From Thermovirgaceae bacterium (GTDB lineage: Bacteria; Synergistota; Synergistia; Synergistales; Thermovirgaceae), in assembly GCA_040767805.1 (NCBI GenBank), contig JAXGNU010000005.1:64001-128000 (forward strand): DNA of 64,000 nt. Reading direction: 5' to 3'. The notes under the pieces are model-generated. The model worked only from the letters and a program-made list of their open reading frames with translations. It ran no database searches and was not told the DNA's origin. This document shows positions 36,716 through 45,192 of the stretch, piece after piece (within the stretch, counting starts at the first letter, position 1; each line of letters begins with the position of its first letter). Made by a program: the position numbers and the translations under genes.

Positions 36716-36761
36716 CAAAAGTGAAATTATGCAAAGATTCTATGGGGTTGAGGTAGTCATC

Positions 36762-37271
36762 GTGGAACGTGAACCGATACTTGACAGAGTCGAATCCCTG
36801 GGTATTGAGTATGAAAGAAAGTACGGAGGATGCTCCCAGTGCGTTATAGGAGCCATCCGGGATACTTTCGGCGGGATCGACGACAGCGTGTTCAAGGCTG
36901 CTACTGGTCTGGCCGGCGGAGTTGGGCTAACAGGGGCTACCTGCGGGGCTTTGACTGGTGCGGCAATGGCGATCGGTGCCTTCTTGGGAAGGGAGTATGA
37001 TCAGTTCGCCGATCCCGAAAGGATCAGGTTCACGACCTTTGAACTGGTTCGTCGCATGGTGGCCCGCTTTGAACAAGAATACGGAAGCACCCTGTGCCGG
37101 CATATTCAGGAAAAGATCATGGGCCGCTCCTACAAGCTCTATGACGAAGGTGAGCACAAGGCCTTTATTGAAGCCGGGGGCCACGACGACAAATGTCCTG
37201 TTGTCGTCGGTAAGGCCGCCCGATGGGTGGCCGAGATCCTGCTTGAGGAGGGCCTTGTGCAAGGTCATTGA
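36762..37271 (+). CDS. C-GCAxxG-C-C family putative redox protein
   Basis: GCSQC, GLAGG...TCGALTG, LCRHI, KC; GAGGT RBS before GTG. Confidence 0.9.
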   Translation: MEREPILDRVESLGIEYERKYGGCSQCVIGAIRDTFGGIDDSVFKAATGLAGGVGLTGATCGALTGAAMAIGAFLGREYDQFADPERIRFTTFELVRRMVARFEQEYGSTLCRHIQEKIMGRSYKLYDEGEHKAFIEAGGHDDKCPVVVGKAARWVAEILLEEGLVQGH

Positions 37272-37304
37272 GCGTTTAAGATCTCAACCTGGGAGGTCAA
37301 CTCA

Positions 37305-37673
37305 ATGAAAAGAGAGATCCGCACCGATCGGTCGCCCGACCCGATAGGACCCTATTCCCAGGGCCTGGTGGTGGGCGGCAGGATCTACGTCTCTGGGCAG
37401 GGGCCGCTGGACCCCGCCACCGGCAAGATCCCCGGGACCATCGAGGAACAGACGCGGCAGGTCCTGATCAACATCAGGAATATCCTCGAAGCCGGCGGGG
37501 CCACCATGGAACAGGTGGTCAAGACCACCGTCCACCTCGCCGATCTCAAGGATTTCCAGGCCTTCAACGACGTTTACAAGGAATTTTTTAATCCCCCTTA
37601 CCCGGTGAGGACCACCGTGGGTAGCGCGCTGCTGGGCATCCTCGTGGAGATCGACGTCATCGCGGAGCTGTAA
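37305..37673 (+). CDS. ridA: RidA-type enamine/imine deaminase (Arg retained)
   Basis: IGPYSQG, YVSGQ, YPVRTTV, VEID. Confidence 0.88.
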   Translation: MKREIRTDRSPDPIGPYSQGLVVGGRIYVSGQGPLDPATGKIPGTIEEQTRQVLINIRNILEAGGATMEQVVKTTVHLADLKDFQAFNDVYKEFFNPPYPVRTTVGSALLGILVEIDVIAEL

Positions 37674-37690
37674 AAGGCTGCTTTTCGCAA

Positions 37691-37727
37691 GTTAAGAAAT
37701 GTTAAGGCTCCTTTTACAAGGGGTTAC
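37691..37727. promoter_or_regulatory. OmpR/CpxR-type direct-repeat boxes upstream of the two-component operon
   Basis: GTTAAG repeated at 37691 and 37701; TTTAC-N5-GTTAC at 37713-37727 (GTAAC-N5-GTAAA on the minus strand). Confidence 0.5.
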
Positions 37728-37796
37728 CCTTCTTGACGGCCCTTAAGACCTCCATGGGGTAGTATGGTGAGAACCTTGCCGATCGGGGGGAAAGCC

Positions 37797-38504
37797 GTGG
37801 AGAGGATACTGCTCGCCGATGACGACGCGGGCCTTTGCGAATTGCTCACCGAGTTCCTTGAATCGGAAGGCTTCAAGGTCGAGTCCGTCCACGACGGGAG
37901 CAAGGTCGTCGCTAGGGTCCTGGCGGAACGGTTCTCGCTGCTGATACTGGACGTAATGCTCCCCGGGCTCTCGGGCATGGAGGTCCTCAAGGAGATCCGG
38001 CGGCAGTCGGCCATCCCCGTCCTGATGCTCACCGCCCGTGGCGACGACGTGGACCGCATCGTGGGCCTCGAACTGGGGGCCGACGATTACCTGCCCAAGC
38101 CCTTCAACCCCAGGGAACTGGTGGCCAGGATCCGGGCGGTGCTGCGCCGGGGGCGCCTCGATGGTTCCCGGGCCCCCCAGGCGGAGGTCTACCGCGTAGG
38201 CGACATGGTCATTGACCCCGCCGCGAGGCATGTGAGCTCCGGCGGCACCCGCATAGAACTGACCACGGTGGAGTTCGACCTGCTGGAGACCCTCGCCCAG
38301 TCGTCGGGGGTCGCCCTGTCGAGGGAGGCCCTGGTGAAAAGCGTCCTGAAAAGGTCCTTCTCCCCCTTCGACAGGAGCCTCGATGTCCATATCAGCAACC
38401 TCCGCCGGAAGATCGGCACCTACCCCGACGGGTCCGAGCGCATCAAAACCATTCGGGGCCTGGGCTACATCCTCGCTCTGCCGCCCGAGGACTTCAAGCC
38501 GTGA
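37797..38504 (+). CDS. OmpR-family response regulator, CpxR-like
   Basis: LLADDD, LDVMLP, GLELGADDYLPKPF, FDRSLDVHISNLRRK. Confidence 0.93.
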   Translation: MERILLADDDAGLCELLTEFLESEGFKVESVHDGSKVVARVLAERFSLLILDVMLPGLSGMEVLKEIRRQSAIPVLMLTARGDDVDRIVGLELGADDYLPKPFNPRELVARIRAVLRRGRLDGSRAPQAEVYRVGDMVIDPAARHVSSGGTRIELTTVEFDLLETLAQSSGVALSREALVKSVLKRSFSPFDRSLDVHISNLRRKIGTYPDGSERIKTIRGLGYILALPPEDFKP

Positions 38505-39919
38505 GGGAGCGGAAGCTTTTCCTGAGGATATTCCTATGGTTTCTGGGGGCCATGCTCTTGATGGCCCTCGTGAGCGTCCTCCTGACGGTCTTCATGACCC
38601 AGCAGGGCATCATCCTCACCGGGCAGCAGGAAGCCCTCTCGAACGCCCTGGACAGGAACGGGAAAAGGCTTCTGGAGCTCCATGAGACGGAGACCCCCTC
38701 CCGCCTGAGTGAAGAGATCGAAAGGATCAGGAATGAAACGGGCCTCGCCATATTCATCTTCGACGGGCGGGGGACGCCGGTGCCCATCGAAGGCGGCCCC
38801 TCGGGGGAATTCCTGGTGAGGCTCGGCAAGGACGCCCTGAACCTCCTCGACCAGGGGACCACTTTCCAGACCAGGGGGCAGTTCTCCTCGGTCTTCAGGC
38901 GGCTGGTTTCCCCCTCCGGCAAGGACTACATCCTGGTCGGGTCCTTCCGGAGGTCGCCCTACATCGCAAGGGTCCTTACGGGAAACCCCAAGGCGTTGGC
39001 GATCCACCTCCTGGGGCTCCTTGTCACGGCCCTCGTGTTTTGCTTCCTCCTCGCCCGGTACCTCGCGGATCCCCTGGTCCGGCTGAGCAGGACCGCCCGG
39101 TCCGTCTCGGGGGGGCGCCTGGATACCCCGGTGGACGACGGGGTGAAGAAACGTTCCGATGAGATAGGGGAACTGGCCCGCAGCTTCGAGGCCATGACCA
39201 GGCATCTGACGACCCTGCTCGAAGCCCAGCGGCGGCTCATCCAGGACATCTCCCATGAACTGCGCACCCCCCTCGCCCGGCTTGGTGTGGCCCTTGAACT
39301 GGCGCGGAAAAAGTCCGGGGCCGTGGCGAAGGAGTCCCTGGACAGGATAGGACGTGAATCGGAGGTACTGAACGTCATGATAGGGGACCTGCTCTCCCTG
39401 TCGAGGCTCGAGGCGGAGATGGAGCACATGGACTATGAGAAGGCCGATCTCGGGTCTATCCTCGAATCCGTCGTCGAGGACGCCAACTTCGAGGCGAGGG
39501 CTATGAAACGCAAGGTGGAGCTCGTCTACCCCGATGACCTGGGGCTGGTGAGGCTTTACAGCGAACTGGTCCGAAGGGCCGTAGAGAACATCGTTCGCAA
39601 CGGTCTCCGGTACGCCCCCGAAGGGACCTCCGTCATAGTCAGGGCGGAACTTCTGGACAGGGATGGCCGCCCGGGGGTCTCCATCTCGGTCCGCGACCGG
39701 GGGCCCGGGGTTCCTGAAGCGGAACTGGAGGAGATCTTCAAACCCTTCTACAGGACCGAGTCATCCCGCTCCCGTGATACGGGCGGTACCGGCCTCGGCC
39801 TCGCCATCGCACGGAAGGCGGCCCTCGCCCACGGGGGCGATATCCGTGCCGTGCTGCCCCCGGGAGGCGGTCTTCTGGTGGAGATGTGGCTCCCTATCCA
39901 CCCGCAGGGCCGGGTATGA
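38501..39919 (+). CDS. Sensor histidine kinase, CpxA-like
   Basis: Two TM segments, HAMP (DEIGELA), ISHELRTPL, ENIVRNG, DRGPG, GTGLGLAI. Confidence 0.95.
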   Translation: MRERKLFLRIFLWFLGAMLLMALVSVLLTVFMTQQGIILTGQQEALSNALDRNGKRLLELHETETPSRLSEEIERIRNETGLAIFIFDGRGTPVPIEGGPSGEFLVRLGKDALNLLDQGTTFQTRGQFSSVFRRLVSPSGKDYILVGSFRRSPYIARVLTGNPKALAIHLLGLLVTALVFCFLLARYLADPLVRLSRTARSVSGGRLDTPVDDGVKKRSDEIGELARSFEAMTRHLTTLLEAQRRLIQDISHELRTPLARLGVALELARKKSGAVAKESLDRIGRESEVLNVMIGDLLSLSRLEAEMEHMDYEKADLGSILESVVEDANFEARAMKRKVELVYPDDLGLVRLYSELVRRAVENIVRNGLRYAPEGTSVIVRAELLDRDGRPGVSISVRDRGPGVPEAELEEIFKPFYRTESSRSRDTGGTGLGLAIARKAALAHGGDIRAVLPPGGGLLVEMWLPIHPQGRV

Positions 39920-40004
39920 TCGCCGCCCCTTTAGCAATGATCTCTTCAGTGTGTATAATCGAAAGCGCTGAGGCAGTCCAAGTTCACAAAAGGTGAGATG
40001 ACCC

Positions 40005-40922
40005 TTGAAGGACGATCGCATGACGCCCCCGGTCCTGGCCGCCCTGGTAGCGGTTTATTTTTTTTGGGGGACCACGTACCTGGGGATGAAATTCGCCATC
40101 GAGACGCTTCCCCCTTTCATCATGCTCGGCCTCCGGTTCATCGCGGCGGGGGCCATCATGTTCGCCTGGGAATGGGTGCGGCTCAGGCCCAGGATAACCT
40201 GGGGCCAGTGGAAGGGCATGGGAATTGTCGGCGGCCTCATGCTCCTGGGCGGGACCGGCGGCGTCGCATGGTCGGAGCAGGTGGTGCCCTCCAACATCGC
40301 CGCCGTCGTGGTGGCCACGGTGCCGCTCTGGATAGCCGTCATCCGCTGGGCCTTCCTCCGCCACGACCGCCCCGAGAGGGTGACCATCGTCGGCTTGCTG
40401 ACGGGTTTCGCCGGGATAATCATGCTCGTGGTCTACACCAGCGGTCCCTCCGCGGCCGAGGGTTACGGCCTGGGGCTCGTCGTCCTCGGTTTTTCGACCT
40501 TCCTGTGGTCGGCGGGTTCCCTCTATTCGAGGGCGGCCGATCAGCCCGACTCCCCGGCCCTGGGCATCTCGATGCAGATGCTCGTCGGGGGCCTTCTTAA
40601 CCTCATCGTGGGGATCCTGTGCAACGGCGGTTCCATGGTGCCCCTGGCAGAGGTGTCGATGAGGTCCGCCGTGGCCCTGGCCTACCTAGTCGTGTTCGGG
40701 TCGATCGTGGGCTTCAGTTCCTATATCTGGCTCCTGAAGAAGACCGACCCGGCCCTGGCCTCCAGCTACGCCTACGTGAACCCCGTGGTGGCGATTATCC
40801 TCGGATGGTTGCTGGCCGGCGAGAGGCTCAACACGGGGAGCCTTGCCGCGACGGCGGTCATCCTCTTCGGGGTGATCCTCATCGTGAGGGGGACGGTGAG
40901 GCCCGCCGCCCAGTCGTCCTGA
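40005..40922 (+). CDS. EamA/DMT family transporter (YedA-like)
   Basis: VYFFWGTTYL, YAYVNPVVA; about 10 TM helices. Confidence 0.92.
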   Translation: MKDDRMTPPVLAALVAVYFFWGTTYLGMKFAIETLPPFIMLGLRFIAAGAIMFAWEWVRLRPRITWGQWKGMGIVGGLMLLGGTGGVAWSEQVVPSNIAAVVVATVPLWIAVIRWAFLRHDRPERVTIVGLLTGFAGIIMLVVYTSGPSAAEGYGLGLVVLGFSTFLWSAGSLYSRAADQPDSPALGISMQMLVGGLLNLIVGILCNGGSMVPLAEVSMRSAVALAYLVVFGSIVGFSSYIWLLKKTDPALASSYAYVNPVVAIILGWLLAGERLNTGSLAATAVILFGVILIVRGTVRPAAQSS

Positions 40923-40951
40923 TATCCTGGGCTTCGTCGGGTAACGATAAG

Positions 40952-40991
40952 AAAAGGGAGGGTTCACCCCCAAGGGTGAACCCTCCCTTTT
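40952..40991. terminator. Bidirectional intrinsic terminator
   Basis: Perfect 18-bp arms: AAAAGGGAGGGTTCACCC-CCAA-GGGTGAACCCTCCCTTTT. Confidence 0.92.
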
Positions 40992-41007
40992 GCCGCTTGT
41001 GGGAATC

Positions 41008-42396
41008 CTATTTCCCGTCCTTTACAGGTTTCGTCACCACCGGCGGAAGCGGTTTTTTCTGCCCCGGGGCTGGTCCGGGGTTCTTCGTCAGTATCGGCGG
41101 CACCGGCTTGTTCGGTGCCTTTGGCGGCGCCGGTTTTTCCTGGAACTTCGGTGGCGCCGGCTTGTTCGGTGCCTTCGGCGGCACCGGCTTTTCCTGGAAC
41201 TTCGGTGGCGCTGGCTTGTTCGGTGCCTTTGGCGGCGCAGGCTTTTCCTGGAACTTTGGTGGTGCCGGTTTCTCCTGGAACTTTGGTGGCGCCGGTTTCT
41301 CCTGGAACTTTGGCGGTACCGGTTTCTCCTGGAACTTTGGTGGTGCCGGTTTCTCCTGGAACTTTGGCGGTGCCGGCCTGTTCGGCACATTAGGCGGCGC
41401 CGGTTTTCCCTGGTACTTCGGCGGCACCGGCCTGTCCTGGAACTTCGGCGGCGTCGGCCTTTCGCGGCCCCCCTGCCGGTTTTCCCTCTCCCGGATCAGG
41501 GAATCGAAGGTCTTGCGCTGTCCGTCATCGAGTATCGACCGGAACCTGTCCCTCGAGTCACGGGGCGGTGTCAGGCTTTCCCGGCGCCTTTGGAGTAGGT
41601 CCCGCCTGTACCTGTCGATGTCGCGGAAGGAATCGCGGTCCCAGTTCCTCTTGAGGTAATCCTTCTCGAGGTCCCTGTAGCGCCTCTCCCTGTCCCACCG
41701 GCGTTTGTACAGGTCGTCGTAGTAGCGCTCCATGTCCCTCCTCTGCTTTTCGCTCAGGTGGAGCCTGCGGTCCCAATCCCTCATCGCTTCCCGGTAGTAG
41801 CGGTAATGGTAGTCCCTGAAGCGGTCGGGCCTGTAGTAGTAGTCGTCGTACCAGCGGTCGAAGTATATCTTGAAGGTATAGCGCTGGTTCATGTCCAGGA
41901 TCCTGAAGAACAGGTAGAGAAAATCGTCGATCCTGATCCAGCGGCCGGGCCCGTAACCATAACCGTAACCGTAACCATAATCGTAGCCGTAGCCGGGGTC
42001 GTAATACCTGTCGGTGTCCTGGGCCTGGCTGAGAAGGAGGCCGAAGGCGAGGAGGGCCAAAAAGGTCCGAAAGTTGTCGTTCTCCCGTTCGATCACGACC
42101 CTGGGGCCGCCGGGCCTTATCATCCCGCCGAGGCTGAAGATTGCGTCCAGCCCGCCGGAATACCGCTGGTCGGGCCGGTAACCCCAGTCCCTGCCGCGGA
42201 GTTCCTGGAAGGTGCTCCTCTGGCTGGGCGTAAGGGCGAGGGCCCTCATCAGTTCCGGTGAAAAGAGGCTGTCCACCTCCTCCTCGGCCCAGTAAACCAT
42301 CCCGTCGAGGTCGGGCCCGGCGGCCGAAGCCGCCACGGAGAGGCCCGTGCCGAGGAACAGGCTTCCCAATAGGAGCAGGGCTGTTATCTTTCTCAT
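41008..42396 (-). CDS. Secreted protein with Spy/CpxP-like LTxxQ motifs, Tyr/Asp/Arg-rich segments and a Pro/Lys repeat tail
   Basis: GGAGG RBS; signal peptide MRKITALLLLG...ASA; LTPSQ, LDMNQ, LSEKQ and LDDGQ motifs. Confidence 0.7.
   Translation of the reverse strand: MRKITALLLLGSLFLGTGLSVAASAAGPDLDGMVYWAEEEVDSLFSPELMRALALTPSQRSTFQELRGRDWGYRPDQRYSGGLDAIFSLGGMIRPGGPRVVIERENDNFRTFLALLAFGLLLSQAQDTDRYYDPGYGYDYGYGYGYGYGPGRWIRIDDFLYLFFRILDMNQRYTFKIYFDRWYDDYYYRPDRFRDYHYRYYREAMRDWDRRLHLSEKQRRDMERYYDDLYKRRWDRERRYRDLEKDYLKRNWDRDSFRDIDRYRRDLLQRRRESLTPPRDSRDRFRSILDDGQRKTFDSLIRERENRQGGRERPTPPKFQDRPVPPKYQGKPAPPNVPNRPAPPKFQEKPAPPKFQEKPVPPKFQEKPAPPKFQEKPAPPKFQEKPAPPKAPNKPAPPKFQEKPVPPKAPNKPAPPKFQEKPAPPKAPNKPVPPILTKNPGPAPGQKKPLPPVVTKPVKDGK
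41029..41460 (-). repeat. Coding 27-bp tandem repeat, 16 units (13 well conserved): KPAPPKFQE / KPAPPKAPN
   Basis: In-frame 9-aa units visible in both DNA and translation. Confidence 0.95.
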
Positions 42397-42504
42397 GGGG
42401 CGTACCTCCGTTTCTCGAGAAAGGTATTCCCTTTCATGATCTCTTCGCGGTCCATTACCGATCCTCATTCTAGGGTCCATCTCATTAAGGTGCCCTTTGA
42501 AAAT

Positions 42505-42519
42505 GTAAAGAATTGTATA
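42505..42519. promoter_or_regulatory. CpxR-box-like site upstream of the Spy-like gene
   Basis: GTAAA-GAATT-GTATA (1 mismatch to GTAAA-N5-GTAAA). Confidence 0.5.
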
Positions 42520-42567
42520 GACCGCGAACGGGAGGGTGCGCCTCAAGGTCAGCCCCTCGAGGGGGCT

Positions 42568-43395
42568 TTATTCGATCTCCTGCATGGCCTGGGCCCTCGC
42601 TTCGGCCGAAAGGGTTCGGGCCCTCGCGGAAGCCGCACTGATGGCCTTCATGAAGGCCGTCCGGATGCGGCTTTCCTCCAGTTCGTAGATCCCGTCAATG
42701 GTCACCCCTCCCGGGGTCAGCACCATGTCCCTCAACTCGGCGGGGTGTTTTCCCGTCTCAAGGAGGAGGCACGATGCCCCTATGGCCGTGTGGGCCGCCG
42801 CTATCAGGGCGAGGTTCCTGGGGAGCCCCTCCCTGAGCGCCCCGTATATCATGGATTCGATCACGGTGAAGATGTAGGCCGGCCCCGAGCCCGACATGGC
42901 CGTAAGGACGTCCAGGTATTGTTCATCCACCTGCTGGATCTCTCCCAGTTCCATCAGTATCCTCTCCAGCAGGGGGAGCCTCTCCGCGGGGAAATCCCGC
43001 TCGGGGTAGAAGAGGGTAAACCCCTTGTGGATCCGGACGGCGATATTCGTCATCGCCCTGACGAAGTGGGCCTTCGGCGCCGCCAGCTTCAGTATATCCG
43101 TCGAAATGGCCGCGGCGAAGGATACGACGGTCTTGCCGCTGACGGTCTCGGCGATCTCCTTGAGGACCGGGACCACCTGCGCCGGCTTGACGGACAGGAT
43201 CACCAGGTCGGCGTCCTCGGCGGCCGCCCTGTTGTCGGAGGTCACCCTGACGCCCTTTTCGCTGAGCCCGTTCAGTTTGTCGAAGCTTCGGCGCGTCGCC
43301 GTCACCGGGTATCGCGGCACAAGCGCCTCCGCGATGGCCCCTCCGACGATTCCGGCGCCGATCACGCAAATCCTTGTCTCGTCTTTCTCCTTCAT
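42568..43395 (-). CDS. proC: Pyrroline-5-carboxylate reductase
   Basis: IGAG, LSVKP, RAMTN, SGSGPAY, HPAELRDMVLTPGGVTI. Confidence 0.95.
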   Translation of the reverse strand: MKEKDETRICVIGAGIVGGAIAEALVPRYPVTATRRSFDKLNGLSEKGVRVTSDNRAAAEDADLVILSVKPAQVVPVLKEIAETVSGKTVVSFAAAISTDILKLAAPKAHFVRAMTNIAVRIHKGFTLFYPERDFPAERLPLLERILMELGEIQQVDEQYLDVLTAMSGSGPAYIFTVIESMIYGALREGLPRNLALIAAAHTAIGASCLLLETGKHPAELRDMVLTPGGVTIDGIYELEESRIRTAFMKAISAASARARTLSAEARAQAMQEIE

Positions 43396-43412
43396 GATGA
43401 TCCCCCCTGGGT

Positions 43413-43444
43413 AATAAAATGCCGCCGACCCGGAGGTCGGCGGC
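43413..43444 (-). terminator. Attenuator terminator in the proC leader
   Basis: Minus strand GCCGCCGACC-TCCG-GGTCGGCGGC-ATTTTATT, just upstream of the proC RBS. Confidence 0.85.
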
Positions 43445-43477
43445 CCTGGATGCTTTCGCGTTGAACATGTCACTGGG

Positions 43478-43573
43478 TCAGGACAAGACCGTACCTTCCC
43501 GGGAGGGGCTCTTTCGGGACCTGGGCGGGACGCACGGGTTAGGTCGGGTCGTTCTTCTGACGGAAACCTGCAT
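43478..43573 (-). CDS. Putative proC leader peptide MQVSVRRTTRPNPCVPPRSRKSPSREGTVLS (31 aa)
   Basis: GAGGAG RBS 7 nt before ATG; Pro at codons 11, 13, 16, 17 and 23. Confidence 0.65.
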   Translation of the reverse strand: MQVSVRRTTRPNPCVPPRSRKSPSREGTVLS

Positions 43574-43616
43574 GACAACGCTCCTCGCTTGAAGTCACCT
43601 TGATCGGTCGAGGAAA

Positions 43617-43645
43617 AAGATACCCCCAGATCCCGCTTTCGTCAA
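43617..43645 (-). promoter_or_regulatory. Sigma70-type promoter of the proC leader
   Basis: TTGACG-N17-TATCTT on the minus strand. Confidence 0.7.
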
Positions 43646-43716
43646 TACCCGGGTTCGATCCTGCTTGAAAAGAGGGGGACCTTGAGGTTAACCTTCTTAA
43701 CGGGAGGGGGTCCGTA

Positions 43717-43926
43717 ATGGCAAGATGGCTCATGGCCGCCGGCGTGGTCCTGTTGTTGCTGGGGGCGGTCCTTCACTTCGCCCCCTGGCTCCTGTCATGG
43801 TTCGGCAAACTCCCCGGGGATATCTGCTACGAGACGGGGCGGACGAGGGTTTTCATACCCATCACTTCGATGGTCATCATCAGCCTTGTCCTTACGCTGG
43901 TGATGAACCTGCTCTCCAGGAGGTAA
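43717..43926 (+). CDS. DUF2905 small membrane protein
   Basis: GKLPGDI...FIPITS motif. Confidence 0.9.
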   Translation: MARWLMAAGVVLLLLGAVLHFAPWLLSWFGKLPGDICYETGRTRVFIPITSMVIISLVLTLVMNLLSRR

Positions 43927-43944
43927 CGGGTACTCCGGCAGGCC

Positions 43945-45192
43945 TTACCCTTTCGCTTTCTGGCTGTCGATGGCCGTCACGGCGTGGTAAAGCAGTTCTA
44001 CGCCCTTTTGCAGGTCCTCGTAATCGGTCCATTCCTCCGGGCAGTGGCTCCTGCCTCCCCTGCTCGGGACGAAGATCATCCCCGTGGGGAAAAAGGGGGC
44101 CATTATCATGGCGTCGTGTCCCGCCCCGCTGCTCATGGTCCGCCAGGAAAAGCCCAGCCCGTCGGCCTGGTCCTGGAGCACCCGGCGTATCCCCTCGTCC
44201 AGTTCCACCGGTTCGACTTCGAGAAGCTGCTCCACCCGGTAGGCCGTCCCGTCGGCGGCGGCCCTCTCGTCCAGGTCCCTCCTGACCCTGTCCTTGACCG
44301 CCTTGATCGACAGGGTGTCGAGGGAGCGGATATCCACGGTGAATTCGACCTCGCCGGGGACCACGTTCGCGGCCCCGGGCCTCACGACGAGGGAACCCAC
44401 CGTCGTCACGGCGTCTCCGCCCTGTTCCGCGGCGAAGGATGGGATCCTCCCGATGACGACCGCCGCCGTCTTGAGGGCGTCGAGCCTCATGTCCATGGGG
44501 GTCGTCCCGGCGTGGTCCGGCCTCCCTTCGACGGTCACCCGGGTGAGGTCGGTGCCCACGATGCTCGTGACGATGCCCAGTTCGAAGCCCTCCCTTTCCA
44601 GCACGGGGCCCTGCTCAATGTGCATTTCCAGGAAGGCCCGCACTTCCCCCGGCTTTCTCCTCGCTTCGGCGATCCTCGCGGGGTCGAACCCGAAGCGGGT
44701 CAAGGCCTCGGCCAGGGTGACCCCGCCCTCGTCCTTGCGCTGTTCCAGTTCCTCCCGGGCGATCCCAAGGGTCATGGCGCGGCTTGAGAGGAAGCCGGCC
44801 CCGAAGCGCCCCCCTTCCTCCTCGATCATGGCTATCATCTCGACGGGGTGGGCCGTACGCACGCCCCTTTCCTCCAGGCAGCGGAGTACTTCCAGCGCCG
44901 CCACCACCCCGGCCTGCCCGTCGAAGTTGCCTCCGTGCCGCACGGAGTCGAAGTGGGAGCCCATCATGATGGGCGGGAGGGAAGGGTTGCCGCCCTCCCT
45001 TCTCCCGACGAGGTTCGCGGCGGCGTCTTCGTAGACATAGACCCCAAGTTCCCTAAGGCGCTCGGACAGGTAGTCCCGGGCTCCACGGTCCTCGGGCGTC
45101 AGGGAAAAGCGGGTGAGACCCTTCCCCGGGGTCGCGTTGAAGAGGGCCAGGTTTTCCAGGTCCTTCCGGATCCTGTCGAGGTCCGTCTTCAC
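43945..45192 (-). CDS. M20 Zn-dependent amidohydrolase (N-carbamoyl-amino-acid / allantoate amidohydrolase family)
   Basis: GSHFDSV, GNFDG, EEEG, EMHIEQG, HAGTTPM, SGAGHDA, SHCPEE. Confidence 0.93.
   Translation of the reverse strand: MKTDLDRIRKDLENLALFNATPGKGLTRFSLTPEDRGARDYLSERLRELGVYVYEDAAANLVGRREGGNPSLPPIMMGSHFDSVRHGGNFDGQAGVVAALEVLRCLEERGVRTAHPVEMIAMIEEEGGRFGAGFLSSRAMTLGIAREELEQRKDEGGVTLAEALTRFGFDPARIAEARRKPGEVRAFLEMHIEQGPVLEREGFELGIVTSIVGTDLTRVTVEGRPDHAGTTPMDMRLDALKTAAVVIGRIPSFAAEQGGDAVTTVGSLVVRPGAANVVPGEVEFTVDIRSLDTLSIKAVKDRVRRDLDERAAADGTAYRVEQLLEVEPVELDEGIRRVLQDQADGLGFSWRTMSSGAGHDAMIMAPFFPTGMIFVPSRGGRSHCPEEWTDYEDLQKGVELLYHAVTAIDSQKAKG

Noticed and set aside
41029..41460. 27-bp repeats as a CRISPR array
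   Set aside because: Units are contiguous with no unique spacers, stay in frame within a protein, vary at synonymous positions, and no cas genes are present
43508..43523. SRP RNA-like CAGGTCCCGAAAGAGC on the minus strand
   Set aside because: Lacks the AGCAG partner and the long SRP helix; better explained as part of the proC leader
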